From Candidatus Freyarchaeum deiterrae (GTDB taxonomy: Archaea > Asgardarchaeota > Jordiarchaeia > Jordiarchaeales > Jordiarchaeaceae): a stretch of 64,000 bases of DNA. The DNA lies in contig CP147778.1 of NCBI GenBank assembly GCA_037305845.1, forward strand, positions 2,944,001 to 3,008,000. The letters run 5' to 3'. Positions within the stretch are counted from its first letter, which is position 1. Each line of letters starts with the position of its first letter. Made by a program: the position numbers and the translations under genes. The notes under the pieces are model-generated. The model worked only from the letters and a program-made list of their open reading frames with translations. It had not been told where the DNA came from and did no database searches. Shown piece by piece: positions 29,824-40,467 of this stretch.

Positions 29824-31437
29824 TTAGCCGAGTGCCCCTCTAATTTTTCCCGCGTATAAAATTAGTTTCTGGGCGATTTCGACCATTTCCTCTCCTTGGA
29901 TAATGTCAAAGAGTCCCTCTTTTTTGATGTCTCCCTTTGAAAGAGTGCGTGCTGAGAGATAGTCCGATATCATTTTAACAACTATTTCATAGGATGGATC
30001 GAGATTTGCGTCCAGATTGATGAACTCTTTAATTTGTCTAAGGTCCTCTTTTACTTGCTCGGTGATTCTTTTTGGTAGTACTTTTTGCGAAGCGTCAATA
30101 CATAGAAAACGAGAGGCGTATTTCAGGGAGTCTTTTAGAGAAGAGCAATAGACGTCCAATAGTTTTTCCAAGGCTTCGCTCTTCCATTCATTAACCGCAT
30201 TTAATCCCCTACCGGTTCCAATGAATTCGGGGGGGAGGCCTATACTGTAAAGTGTGGCTGTGAAGGGAATAGCTTCCACTGGGGGTTCAATTTTGAGATT
30301 CTCCATTTTGAGAAGCTGCTTGGATACTTCTTTGTCTGTGCACATTTTTGCCAGCTGTGTTATCATTGTTTGACAAGATTGGTGGTTTGTGTTTTGAGAG
30401 CTTGTTGGCTGGTCTCGTCTTGGGGGAACGAGTTCAAATATTCTAGTATCGAGTAGAATTTCGTAGAGGCTTTCGTAGTAATTGGCTGTGAATATGCCAA
30501 TTATGTTTATGATTTCACTTTTATCTTTTTTTGAGAAGGTTTGTGGTTTTTGAGATTGTAGTTTATCTTTCAGTAGAAAAATCATCTTTTGAGCGTCTCT
30601 TCTATCAATATCATGTCTTATACTTGAGGGAATTGTTATTGTTCTTATTCCTGAATAATCGTTTAAAATTTTGTCGAGATTTTCGGGATTAACGAATCCT
30701 CTGAATGGTAGAGAACCTGCGTTTAATATGGGAAATGTGTGAGTGCTGAGTTCTTCATCAATTGTTGCAAGATCCGATACCGCAATTTTACTAGCGAGTG
30801 TTGATGGTACGAGTCCGCAGTGAACTGCGCAGTCGGATCTCCCGAGAAGTATTCTCAAATAGTCTAAAGGATTCCTAGAGGAGGAATATACTTTGAGATA
30901 TTCTGAAATAATATTTGAAGTGTTTAATAAGGACGGCAGATCCTTGATATTTGGAATAATTTGAACATCTTTGAGTTTAGCTGCTGCGTCTATCGTTTCC
31001 AAAATGTAATTTTTAAGTATGTTGAAACTCATTTCGATGCGTGCGAGTTCCATAGGCGGCTCTGTCAAGGGGAGGATGACCTCATAGATTGCCCCTCCAT
31101 TAGTTTCGTTTCTTAACATGTAATTTACTTCAATGATTTTTTGGAATATGGCCATCCTTCTGAAACCATGCTCATAATTACCAAATGGAACACTTGGTGT
31201 AATGTTAATATTAAAACTAGGGGTTAACCCCTTATCCATTAATCTCTTAACTACCTTCTCTATTTGTTGAAAAGGAGTCATTTTCTCTGAGAAGTCTATA
31301 ACAAGTTCCTCTGCTCCAACCCCTCCTTCTTCCTTCGAGGACAAGCAGTCAATTGCCTCATCTATCTCCTTGTCAAAACTAATGTAAGCGGTGGCAGAGC
31401 TCGAATCTTGAGTTGCCATAGTGGCTGGAATGCGCAT
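29824..31437 (-). CDS. ppcA: Archaeal-type phosphoenolpyruvate carboxylase homolog with degenerate active site
   Basis: IPATMATQ, GRSD, GSLPFRG, YSGIRT.T, FTATLYSIGLPPEFIGTGR, C-terminal GKIRGALG; catalytic TQHP and PRAI motifs are altered. Confidence 0.85.
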   Translation of the reverse strand: MRIPATMATQDSSSATAYISFDKEIDEAIDCLSSKEEGGVGAEELVIDFSEKMTPFQQIEKVVKRLMDKGLTPSFNINITPSVPFGNYEHGFRRMAIFQKIIEVNYMLRNETNGGAIYEVILPLTEPPMELARIEMSFNILKNYILETIDAAAKLKDVQIIPNIKDLPSLLNTSNIISEYLKVYSSSRNPLDYLRILLGRSDCAVHCGLVPSTLASKIAVSDLATIDEELSTHTFPILNAGSLPFRGFVNPENLDKILNDYSGIRTITIPSSIRHDIDRRDAQKMIFLLKDKLQSQKPQTFSKKDKSEIINIIGIFTANYYESLYEILLDTRIFELVPPRRDQPTSSQNTNHQSCQTMITQLAKMCTDKEVSKQLLKMENLKIEPPVEAIPFTATLYSIGLPPEFIGTGRGLNAVNEWKSEALEKLLDVYCSSLKDSLKYASRFLCIDASQKVLPKRITEQVKEDLRQIKEFINLDANLDPSYEIVVKMISDYLSARTLSKGDIKKEGLFDIIQGEEMVEIAQKLILYAGKIRGALG

Positions 31438-31662
31438 ACAGAAGCCCCTTTTAACCTCTTATATCCTAACTTTTTTGTACTCCTCGTTAATAATTACCGT
31501 ATATTAACAAAAAAACTTTACCTTAGGAAAACAGTTACAATAATTGAACATAATTAATTCTAATCCTTAAAATTAATCCATACACAATGCGTAACATTCC
31601 TAATTTATCTTTCCTTTTCACAGGGATACCTGTTTAAAAAACGACTGCAACGGTGTAATACC

Positions 31663-32124
31663 ATGTCTGAGGTCTGTATAAGGGAGTATAAAGTTGAGGA
31701 CGGGGATGATGTGGAAGAGCTTTTCCGTTTCCATACTGAAAAACACCTACGGAAAACCACCTCCTTCTTTTACAAAAAGGCTTTGGACGGAAAGCCGCCT
31801 GATAACGTAATAGCGGTAGTAGCAGTTTTTAAAGACAGAGTTATTGGCTTTAGTGGAGTTCAAATAGTTAGTAGCACAGTAACCAATCATCCGGTCACAA
31901 TAGTTCACAAAGATTTTAGAAGCAGAGGAATAGGCAAAATGCTTATGAGGAAAAAATTGGAAATAGCACAAAAGAAAGGGCTTCGGGAGTATAACTCAAT
32001 AGTAGGGAAAGAAAATTTAACCTCTCGCAGAATGCTGGAGGGACTAGAAAATTTTGCAATTTCTGACGAAGGGGAATATGATAAAAATAAGAACTGGTTA
32101 AAATACAGGAAAAAGCTTGACTGA
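31663..32124 (+). CDS. GNAT family N-acetyltransferase
   Basis: VHKDFRSRGIGKMLM acetyl-CoA motif; N..S..ML. Confidence 0.88.
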   Translation: MSEVCIREYKVEDGDDVEELFRFHTEKHLRKTTSFFYKKALDGKPPDNVIAVVAVFKDRVIGFSGVQIVSSTVTNHPVTIVHKDFRSRGIGKMLMRKKLEIAQKKGLREYNSIVGKENLTSRRMLEGLENFAISDEGEYDKNKNWLKYRKKLD

Positions 32125-32240
32125 ACAATCTTTAGTAACTCGAAAAAATTATTGAAAAAATAAACTTGGAATAATTTAAAAGGAAATTAAACCTTCTATT
32201 CCAAAAATGTGATAGCTCGATAAATCATTAATTAATCAGG

Positions 32241-33119
32241 ATGGTAACACGATTGGTTGAAAAAGTTGAAGCTTCCAGCCTTCTTAATGAAGGTAAAGAA
32301 TACCTTAAAAAAGAAGATTACAAAAAAGCCGAAAATAAATTTCAGGAAGCCTTAAACCAATTCTCAAAAGAAAATAATTTGAATGGTGTCGCCGAATCAG
32401 AAACATATCTAGGAGTAGTTTTGCAGAATCAAAACAAGTTGTCGAAGGCAAAAGAGCACTTTGAAAAAGCTCTCAAACTCCACGAAGACTTGGATTATAA
32501 ACAAGGAATTTCCAGAGTCTACACTAACTTGGGTAATCTTACCCTAGTAATGTCCAAAGATTTCGATAAGGCTCTTGAACTTCATCAAAAAGCTCTAGAT
32601 ATTTCAAAAAAAGCCCGAGACGATGCAGGAAGGTCAAGAGTTCTGACGAATATTGGCTATGTTCAATTTAGACAGCAAAAGTTAGAAGAAGCATTAGAAA
32701 CACTTAAAGAGGCTTTAGAACTAGCTAACAAAGCCGGTCATGAGCTCACCCAAGCGACTGCACTGTCCAATATGGGAATAATACTTTTTGATATGAAACG
32801 ATACGAGGAAGCTCTTGAAAAGCACGAGGAAGTAGCAAAAATATTCGAAAAATGGGGAAACAAAAAAAGGTTAGCAATAGAACACAGACAGATGGGGTTT
32901 ATACTAGAAAAACTGAATCGCTTCAACGAGGCAGAGGAGCACTACAAGGCTGCAGAGAAACTCTACGGAGAAGTCGGATTGAAAAAAGAGAAGAAAACGA
33001 TGAAATCCATGTCGAAGGCTTCGAAGACCCGTATGAGAAAATGTCCGTCATGCGGTACAATCATCCTATTGCCCAAGTTGAAGTACTGCCCTAATTGCAA
33101 CAAAGACTTGAAAACCTGA
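32241..33119 (+). CDS. Tetratricopeptide-repeat protein with C-terminal zinc ribbon
   Basis: ~40-aa TPR repeats (NLG..Y...A.E.H.KAL); CPSCG...YCPNC. Confidence 0.88.
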   Translation: MVTRLVEKVEASSLLNEGKEYLKKEDYKKAENKFQEALNQFSKENNLNGVAESETYLGVVLQNQNKLSKAKEHFEKALKLHEDLDYKQGISRVYTNLGNLTLVMSKDFDKALELHQKALDISKKARDDAGRSRVLTNIGYVQFRQQKLEEALETLKEALELANKAGHELTQATALSNMGIILFDMKRYEEALEKHEEVAKIFEKWGNKKRLAIEHRQMGFILEKLNRFNEAEEHYKAAEKLYGEVGLKKEKKTMKSMSKASKTRMRKCPSCGTIILLPKLKYCPNCNKDLKT

Positions 33120-33266
33120 ATATTCTATTTACAACCAAGCGAATAACTCAGGAAAAACAAATATTTTTGGAAAATTAAAAAAATACTCGGACACAAATTT
33201 TGTATTACATAACTAACTGTTAAGCAAAATTATTTCGTATTCTAATTATGCTGGAAGGTTTGGTGG

Positions 33267-33683
33267 ATGAGTTCTTCAAACGCTAGTGAAAAAACTCCAA
33301 GAATCGCGGTTGATGCAATAATACTCAAGGATGATTGTGTGGTTTTAATAAAACGAAAGAATCCCCCCTTTCAAGGCCATTACGCTCTTCCTGGAGGCTT
33401 TGTAGAAATCGGAGAATTTGTTGAGGAGGCTGTAGTGAGAGAGGCGAAGGAAGAAACGGGACTGGATGTTCAGGTGGAACGCTTCTCAGGAATCTATGAT
33501 AATCCAAAACGTGATCCCCGAGGACATGTTATAAGCATAGCATACCTTTGTAAGGTAGTAGGTGGGGAGCTCAAAGCGGGCTCAGATGCTAAGGACGCAA
33601 GTTGGATACTGGTAAAAGAAATTAAAAAAATAAAATTAGCCTTTGACCACGCACAGATACTCGCAAACGCGGGAATAGTCTAG
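33267..33683 (+). CDS. NUDIX hydrolase (ADP-ribose pyrophosphatase-like)
   Basis: GGFVEIGE..EEAVVREAKEETG, RDPRGH, LAFDH. Confidence 0.93.
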   Translation: MSSSNASEKTPRIAVDAIILKDDCVVLIKRKNPPFQGHYALPGGFVEIGEFVEEAVVREAKEETGLDVQVERFSGIYDNPKRDPRGHVISIAYLCKVVGGELKAGSDAKDASWILVKEIKKIKLAFDHAQILANAGIV

Positions 33684-33738
33684 TAGCTTTTGAACAATTT
33701 TCTCTGTGTTTTGTTTTTCAATTAGTATTATGATTCTT

Positions 33739-35250
33739 CTAAATGCTAGAGTTGATTCCGTAAACTATCATAGTGGGAAGTCCGGTCCTATAATCAGGAA
33801 TCACTAATTCTTTATAGTAGAGAGGGTTGGACTCTAAATCTGATAGAATCGGTATTGGTACGTAATCATAGAGGCTTATGAAAACCGCGCGCACGTAACC
33901 ACTTTTCGCCCAGCCATCCATCCATTCCGGGAAATTTGGGGTAAACACGCAAAGTCTATCGGTGTAGATTCTAACCATCGGGTACACGTTGGTGATTATT
34001 AGCTGCCACGGCGGCGTTGTGTATTTTAGATAATCATAAACTGGTATAGGATTGTATACTTCCGAGTTAGTGCGAACAAAATATACTCCCATAAATCCTA
34101 CAGAAATGTTGATGATCACTAATAAAATGGCGAGTTTCTTGCTTTTCATGAAAATGTTTTTCGAACGCGATTTAATAGCTTGACTTCTTTCTTTGTACTC
34201 ATCCGTAAGGAGCATGGTTAAACCCAAACCGGTGAGAACGCTGAAGGCGGGAAGTGAGCTTTGATTATACCTGAACAGGTCTACAAGCCTCGAGTTACTC
34301 ATTAGAATAAAGTAAAGCAACATGGATGAGAGTATCCAGAATATCAGGGTTTTATCCGCAACGCTCTTTTTACTTTTTAATGTGAAGTAAAAGTATGGGA
34401 ACAGTAAACTAGGAGTGAAAATAGGGAGCACCGCATATAACGCTGATTCCGAATAGAACGAAACAAAGTCTAACAGCGTTGGCGGGACGAACGGGTTAGT
34501 ATATATTGTTCTGATATAAGTTTGTGTTGAGGCGAAAAAGAGTTTCAACATTCCTAACCAATCTCCGGTGACAATTTCGCTGTAAAACAACCAGGGAAAT
34601 AGTGTTAGGAAGGCACAGATTATTCCCAAATAAAACCATGGAGACTTGAAGGTTTTTTTGGCATTCTTGGAAAAAAATATGTAAAACAAACCCACGAACA
34701 GGACGCTGCCCCCTGGGTACCTGGACAGAAAACTTAGGGTGAGGAAAATTCCTGCTGGCACATAGTATTTAGGATTTTTCTGAGCTCTAACTATAAACAG
34801 AAGGAACAATGCTGAAATCAAAATGAAAGGTACTTCGCTAAGGATACCCCAACAAATAACGATAAATGTGACGCCGCAGCTCAGCGCCAATGCGGAAAAT
34901 TTGCCCACCGTAGAACTATACATTTCTTTTCCCAAAAGATAAACCGCATAGACCCCTCCAATTGAAATTAGAAAAGAAACTTCTTGTGCAACTATTACGC
35001 TAGGCGTTGTAATCAGGTAAGCTAAATAAATGCTGAAATACAATACAGGGACTCTTGAAAAGTCTAGCAAAACTTGGAAAGGCTGCCAACAGTAAAAGCC
35101 GAAATAATAAAAATCGCTTGCCATATTAGAATATACCGCCTCATCCCATGATAGAGAAATGGGAAAGGCTGAAAGTACTCCTCTGATTCCGTTAACAACT
35201 ATGATAATAATAATTGCCCAGTCTATTTTTGAGCGCAGCGTTCCAAGCAT
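33739..35250 (-). CDS. GT-C membrane glycosyltransferase (PMT/ArnT family)
   Basis: WDEAVY loop, multi-TM, VYLLGKE, SE.PF, LSRY. Confidence 0.85.
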   Translation of the reverse strand: MLGTLRSKIDWAIIIIIVVNGIRGVLSAFPISLSWDEAVYSNMASDFYYFGFYCWQPFQVLLDFSRVPVLYFSIYLAYLITTPSVIVAQEVSFLISIGGVYAVYLLGKEMYSSTVGKFSALALSCGVTFIVICWGILSEVPFILISALFLLFIVRAQKNPKYYVPAGIFLTLSFLSRYPGGSVLFVGLFYIFFSKNAKKTFKSPWFYLGIICAFLTLFPWLFYSEIVTGDWLGMLKLFFASTQTYIRTIYTNPFVPPTLLDFVSFYSESALYAVLPIFTPSLLFPYFYFTLKSKKSVADKTLIFWILSSMLLYFILMSNSRLVDLFRYNQSSLPAFSVLTGLGLTMLLTDEYKERSQAIKSRSKNIFMKSKKLAILLVIINISVGFMGVYFVRTNSEVYNPIPVYDYLKYTTPPWQLIITNVYPMVRIYTDRLCVFTPNFPEWMDGWAKSGYVRAVFISLYDYVPIPILSDLESNPLYYKELVIPDYRTGLPTMIVYGINSSI

Positions 35251-35554
35251 TTAACTCACCATGAAATATACGTAAAATGTTCATTCCCCCATAAAAATTC
35301 TTCTGCACTTCTTATGTTAAAAATACTAGACAGTGAAAGGGGTCTCAAAAAACAGTATATAAATGTTAACATAGAGCATCTAGATTTAATGTACAGTCCA
35401 AAACGAGGGGCTGTTTTGTAGTTTATTATTTAGCCCAAATCATAGATGTATCGAAAGATTTTCTTAGGGCGAGGTTGACGAAAAGCATAGAGGAGATTTT
35501 TAACATAAAGAAAACGGCGAAAATAACAAAAACGGCGATGGGAACGATACAGAT

Positions 35555-36433
35555 ATGAAAAAATCTTACCAGAAAATTAGTCCCACTGCTAAACTCGTAG
35601 CGTACCTCAGAACGTTTACCGATATTCCGTTCGCCAAAGAGATAGCAGCGGAGAGCGGAGCGGAGAAAACTTTTCAAGAACTAACTGGTGGAAGCGCAAA
35701 ATCAATTGTTCGAGCTCCTGTATGGGAGGCGCGTTACAAGACTACTGATCGGATTCTTGTACAACGTAGCATAACTCAAATTTTAGAAATTGCCGCTGGG
35801 CTTTCACCTCGTGGTTTAGCAATGACCAAAAACCCAGATGTAGTTTATGTGGTTACGGATTTACCGCAGATTCTCGAGCAAGAAGAAGCTATTGCCAAAG
35901 CAATACTCGCAAGATTAAATAGTCGCCGTCCAAATCTCCATTTTCAGGTCGCAAATGCTCTTGATAGGGAAAGTTTATCGAGGGCGGCAGTCCCTTTTAA
36001 ATCCAATCGGCCTATAGCAATTATTACTGAAGGATTACTTCCCTATCTTAACCGTGGAGAAAAAGAAGTCTTAGCGGGCAACATTCACGAGCTTCTTGGA
36101 AAATACGGTGGAGTATGGATTACGTCGGACGTCAACACCAAACAGTTCATGGAAAGAATTTCTCAAGTGGACGAGAATGTGCAACGACGGCTAAGCAGAC
36201 TTTCTAGCTTTACGGAAAGTAACCTTGAGAGCAACCTTTTTGCCGACAAGAATGACATACTACAGTTTTTCAACAAAGCTGGATTTAATATAGAGGAATA
36301 CCCACATTCAAACGTTTATGAAGATTTATCTTCGGTAAAACTCTTGAATCTCAATCAGGAGGAGCTGCTAAGGATACAACAAGGACTTAAAATAGTTAAA
36401 ACTTTAATTCTGACACCGCGAAATACAACATAG
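35555..36433 (+). CDS. Class I SAM-dependent methyltransferase (LCM-like)
   Basis: ISPTAKLVAY.R, QILEIAAGLSPRG, TDLP, ITEGLLPYL. Confidence 0.85.
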   Translation: MKKSYQKISPTAKLVAYLRTFTDIPFAKEIAAESGAEKTFQELTGGSAKSIVRAPVWEARYKTTDRILVQRSITQILEIAAGLSPRGLAMTKNPDVVYVVTDLPQILEQEEAIAKAILARLNSRRPNLHFQVANALDRESLSRAAVPFKSNRPIAIITEGLLPYLNRGEKEVLAGNIHELLGKYGGVWITSDVNTKQFMERISQVDENVQRRLSRLSSFTESNLESNLFADKNDILQFFNKAGFNIEEYPHSNVYEDLSSVKLLNLNQEELLRIQQGLKIVKTLILTPRNTT

Positions 36434-36623
36434 AGCCGCTGCTTCAAGTCAGTTTGCCGTCAAAGAAAAACTTGAAATTGTTTACTGAACTTTTGTTTGT
36501 ATTTATTAAAAACAATAAGCTGACACAACCGAGAAAGCAAATATTAGCTTTAATCAACTGAAACAGCTTACAGATAAAGCTTTAAGATAGCTTAGACGGA
36601 TATTTCTGTTATGGTGGGTAAAA

Positions 36624-37451
36624 ATGGCTAAGAAAAAAGAAGGAAAGGCTACCAAAGAAGAAGGAAAAAGATGGATAATTAAAAACGTGTTACTATTAGT
36701 AGTCTTCTTCATAGTGAGTATGCTTTATAGTTACGTAACTGCATTCGAGTCTTCGCCACATGTACAATTCACGCCGATTGACTGGTCAATTCCTCTTTAT
36801 CCACCAGCCGTCGTCATTTACCTTTTCGTGTTCTACAGCTTCTTGTTCTTCGCTCTAGTCTACTATGCATTTATTCAGAGAGCTTACTTCAATCAATTGA
36901 TTATATCACTGATCGTCATAGAACTAATAGCAAGCATTGTATATGTCATCTATCCCACAATTATGATTCGACCCTACTGGGCACCTACCAGCCTTTCAGA
37001 TTGGATACTCTGGAGTAATTTGTTAAGCCCTCAATATATTTACAATTGGCTACTGTATGATTCTATTCAATTAAACTCAGGGCCGTTTAACTGGATGCTC
37101 TGGAATGTCTACGCGCATGACACGCCTCTAAACTGCTTCCCGAGCCTTCATGCAGCGGTGTCAACCATGGTAGCTTTCGGATTCTGGCAGGAAAAACGAA
37201 AATACGGCTGGGTATCCTGGCCCATAGCAATAGCTGTAATAGTTTCCACCTGGCTCGTGAAACAGCATGTTATCGTTGATTCAATATTTGGAGCCGCACT
37301 CGCACTAGCTGTGGGTTACATCTTCTACAAAAAAGTGTTTACAACACCAGAAACTCCACCGCAAAAATCAAAGTTATGGCAACTCACACTTATTCTAATC
37401 GTGGCAGAAATAGCAATGATTCTCTACATAAGTGGGACATATCTTCTATAG
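36624..37451 (+). CDS. PAP2 superfamily membrane protein (Aur1/IPC-synthase-like)
   Basis: YP..M.RP, NCFPSLH, STWLVKQHVIVD. Confidence 0.85.
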   Translation: MAKKKEGKATKEEGKRWIIKNVLLLVVFFIVSMLYSYVTAFESSPHVQFTPIDWSIPLYPPAVVIYLFVFYSFLFFALVYYAFIQRAYFNQLIISLIVIELIASIVYVIYPTIMIRPYWAPTSLSDWILWSNLLSPQYIYNWLLYDSIQLNSGPFNWMLWNVYAHDTPLNCFPSLHAAVSTMVAFGFWQEKRKYGWVSWPIAIAVIVSTWLVKQHVIVDSIFGAALALAVGYIFYKKVFTTPETPPQKSKLWQLTLILIVAEIAMILYISGTYLL

Positions 37452-37665
37452 GCATACTCCCACAGAGGGTATTTCCCCTTTTTTTAGTCAAAGAAGTTTT
37501 AATTCGATATCCAAATTGCAATGAAACTTTTTTCGCGAATTCAAACTGTAACTAAATGCAAATAATCAAAATTATAGTCGTATTTTACAGATTTGATTAA
37601 GACAATAAGTTGAGGGGGTTAAGTATATTTTAATTCTTTGTTTACGTCTTAGCTAGTGATGTAAG

Positions 37666-38082
37666 ATGCCTGACTGGGTAGAAATCAGTAAGAAAACTAA
37701 TGAAATACTTAATAAGATGATTCCCGAGGAAGGAGAGATTCTTTTCAAGGAACTATGCTCCTGTCAGACAGAAGAAGATTTTAATGATGGACTGCTGGTA
37801 TTCACAAATCGTAACATTATCTTCATCAAGAGGGATAGCTTTGAGCCTCAGTACGCTGTTGAATTACGCTCTCCTATCGAAAACATTTGCTACTTATCTT
37901 ACTCGGGTACTTTCTATCAAACAATTGAAATTGAAGTAAACGTTGACGGTTGCCCGAAAGCATTCAGCTTTATGGACTTTTCAACACACGTAGAAGGCGC
38001 AAGAAAAATATCCGAAATCCATGATGAACTCCAAAAAATAATCGAAAAAGTTACCGGAAAAAAACTAACTCCTAGTTCTTAA
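37666..38082 (+). CDS. PH-like domain protein
   Basis: EGEIL...GLLVFTNRNIIF...PIENI pattern with a C-terminal helix. Confidence 0.6.
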   Translation: MPDWVEISKKTNEILNKMIPEEGEILFKELCSCQTEEDFNDGLLVFTNRNIIFIKRDSFEPQYAVELRSPIENICYLSYSGTFYQTIEIEVNVDGCPKAFSFMDFSTHVEGARKISEIHDELQKIIEKVTGKKLTPSS

Positions 38083-38224
38083 CCAATTAGTTTGCTATTT
38101 TACGCTAAAAAGTTTTTAGTTCAAAAATTAATCTAAAGTTGAGAAAATTTATAATCTCTGGATACGAATTTCTGATGGGAATAATTGTTAGCTTATTTTA
38201 TTCAAAATAAAGAGAGTGTAAGCA

Positions 38225-38701
38225 ATGTCTTGGGATAAAGAGCCGGAAGACGATTTTGAAAGATGGATGTACCATATGATGAGAAGATTTTGGAAAAGGT
38301 CTCCAAAACAGTATATTTTTGATTTCCCCTTCGGATCCCTGCGCTTTGAACCCCCATCCTTTGAAGCTAAAAGCGAAGCTAGAAGCATATATGCCGATAT
38401 GAAAGAAACCGACAACGAAATTATAATTGAAGCCGAGCTGCCGGGAGTAAAAAAAGATGACATAAACATTAACGCCACAGAAAACAGCGTGGAAATCACA
38501 GCCGAAGCGAAAACAGAAGAAACGGAGGAGGAACGGGATTACATTCGTAAAGAGAGAGGAGAAAAAAAATTTTTCCGCGCCTTCACATTACCCGCAGAAG
38601 TTAACCCCGAAAATTCAAAGGCAACCTACAAAAACGGCATACTGGAATTAAGATTACCAAAGAAAGAAACAAGGGGGAAAAGATCAATTAAAATAGAATA
38701 A
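38225..38701 (+). CDS. Small heat-shock protein (archaeal Hsp20)
   Basis: D..ET..EIII.AELPGV.KDDI, F.RAFTLP..V, ATYKNGILE, SIKIE. Confidence 0.93.
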   Translation: MSWDKEPEDDFERWMYHMMRRFWKRSPKQYIFDFPFGSLRFEPPSFEAKSEARSIYADMKETDNEIIIEAELPGVKKDDININATENSVEITAEAKTEETEEERDYIRKERGEKKFFRAFTLPAEVNPENSKATYKNGILELRLPKKETRGKRSIKIE

Positions 38702-38768
38702 ACTCGAAAATACTAACTACGATCCTTTTTCTAAGAATATTTATGATTACAGATTGTTAGACCATTTT

Positions 38769-39197
38769 TTATTCTCCAATAATTTGGAGAATCACATTTC
38801 TATTTCTAGGTTTCACGTCCAACTCTACAAAAACAATCTGCTGCCAGGTACCCAACATGAGCTTCTTCTGAGTGAAAGGAACCGTTAGACTCGGGCCTAG
38901 GATTGATGCTCTGCAGTGACTATGGCCGTTTCCATCATGCCATCTTAACTCATGTTCATAGTCAATGTTCTTTGGTGAAATTCTCTCCAAAATTCTGGGA
39001 AAATCTTTTAGCAAACCGGGCTCGTATTCGATTGTGGTAACGGCTCCGGTGGCACCCGGGATAAAAACAGTTACGATTCCGCTTATTACTTTCGATTCCG
39101 AAACAGCTTTTTGAACCATATCTGTAATATCCACAATCTGAACTTCACCTTGAGTTGAAAAACTAATTTTCTTGGTTTCAACTGTCAACGCAAACAC
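38769..39197 (-). CDS. yjbQ: YjbQ/UPF0047 secondary thiamine-phosphate synthase family
   Basis: IEYEPGL, YEH...DGNGHSH, LGTWQQI.FVELD. Confidence 0.92.
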   Translation of the reverse strand: MFALTVETKKISFSTQGEVQIVDITDMVQKAVSESKVISGIVTVFIPGATGAVTTIEYEPGLLKDFPRILERISPKNIDYEHELRWHDGNGHSHCRASILGPSLTVPFTQKKLMLGTWQQIVFVELDVKPRNRNVILQIIGE

Positions 39198-39653
39198 CCC
39201 CGATAATCAAAACAAATATAGTCTTTGTTTTAAACTTGGTACAATTTAAAAATATTGCAAAAAGATAAATAAAAAACAGCTTTCGTTATTCTATTCCCTC
39301 ATCTCTCCTCACTTAAGAGAGTTGGGTTTCCTTATGGAATTGTTTGTGAATGCTTTGATGAAGGTTAGAGCCGCAAAAATAGACCACTTGTGGGAAAATT
39401 CCCACTTTTTAAACTTTTTCAAAAGTTGGAAAAATATAACGGAAACGTATTTAAATACAAATTAATCTATACTAAATATAGCTACAATATAATTGTAACA
39501 TATTGCGAAAAACGCAACAGCTGCAAGTGAGAAAACTCGAGAAACAAAACTGTAAATCAATTCTACCAAAAAATCGTTGTGATAAACAAATTTCAAGAAA
39601 TTCGAGAGTTTTCAATGAAACTGAAAATAAAAAATTTAGTGTTGGGTGATGTT

Positions 39654-40034
39654 ATGCCTAAGAAATGGAGAGAAGAACTTGAAGGATTATTGAAAGCGAT
39701 GGCTGATGCAGACCCCGATGTAGTAGCATCTGCTGTGGTCAGAACCGACGGTTTGGTTATGGCTTCTGCACTACCAAAGGATGCCGATGAAGGATTAATT
39801 GCCGCAATGAGTGCGGCACTGCTCAACATTGGAAATCGAGCGGTGAGCGAGCTTGATCGAGGAAATCTCGACAAGGTTATAGTAAGTGGAACAAAGGGAG
39901 ACACTATTCTCCGTGGTGTTGGTACTGAAGCAGTCCTATCTGCCATTACGAAATCTGGTGCCAACATGGGTCTGGTCCTGGTTGAGATGCAGAGAACCGC
40001 TACCAAAGTTGCAGATGTACTTCGTTCGATGTAA
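39654..40034 (+). CDS. Roadblock/LC7 (MglB-like) domain protein
   Basis: SAVVRTDGLVMASAL...IAAMSAALL.IG.RAV.EL.RG.L..V.V.G..G...ANMGLVL; ATG 39654 follows a GGTGA RBS. Confidence 0.93.
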   Translation: MPKKWREELEGLLKAMADADPDVVASAVVRTDGLVMASALPKDADEGLIAAMSAALLNIGNRAVSELDRGNLDKVIVSGTKGDTILRGVGTEAVLSAITKSGANMGLVLVEMQRTATKVADVLRSM

Positions 40035-40168
40035 AACCACGAACTAAAATTTAGCCCTTAAAAAACTCATAAATAAATTTTCGGAGTTTTTTTCCTTTTT
40101 TTATTTTTAATACATATTACCAGACAAAAAAGTAAATTCTTGAAAAATACTAATTATGGGGTAGTAGC

Positions 40169-40459
40169 GTGAGTACAAAAATCGTCTTGGAAAGGTTGAA
40201 GGAGCTTCTACAAGAGTTGGATATTGAGGACCTGGATCACTTGGATGACAAGTTAGAGAATTGCTGGGAGGAATGCAGGAAGAAAGAACACGACTTAGCG
40301 ATTTCCCAAGACTTGGTAGTTGAGAATAGAAAAATACTGCAGGAAATATCTATAGCCATCGAAGTGTACCAAGCCGGCGCAATAGACTCTGAAAGATTAC
40401 AAGAAATCAAAAAAAACCTATTAAAAAATAAAAACACCAAATATGTATCCAGTATCTAA
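40169..40459 (+). CDS. Small acidic helical hypothetical protein
   Basis: ORF with a G-rich RBS and coiled-coil-like composition. Confidence 0.6.
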   Translation: MSTKIVLERLKELLQELDIEDLDHLDDKLENCWEECRKKEHDLAISQDLVVENRKILQEISIAIEVYQAGAIDSERLQEIKKNLLKNKNTKYVSSI

Positions 40460-40467
40460 GATAAGTT

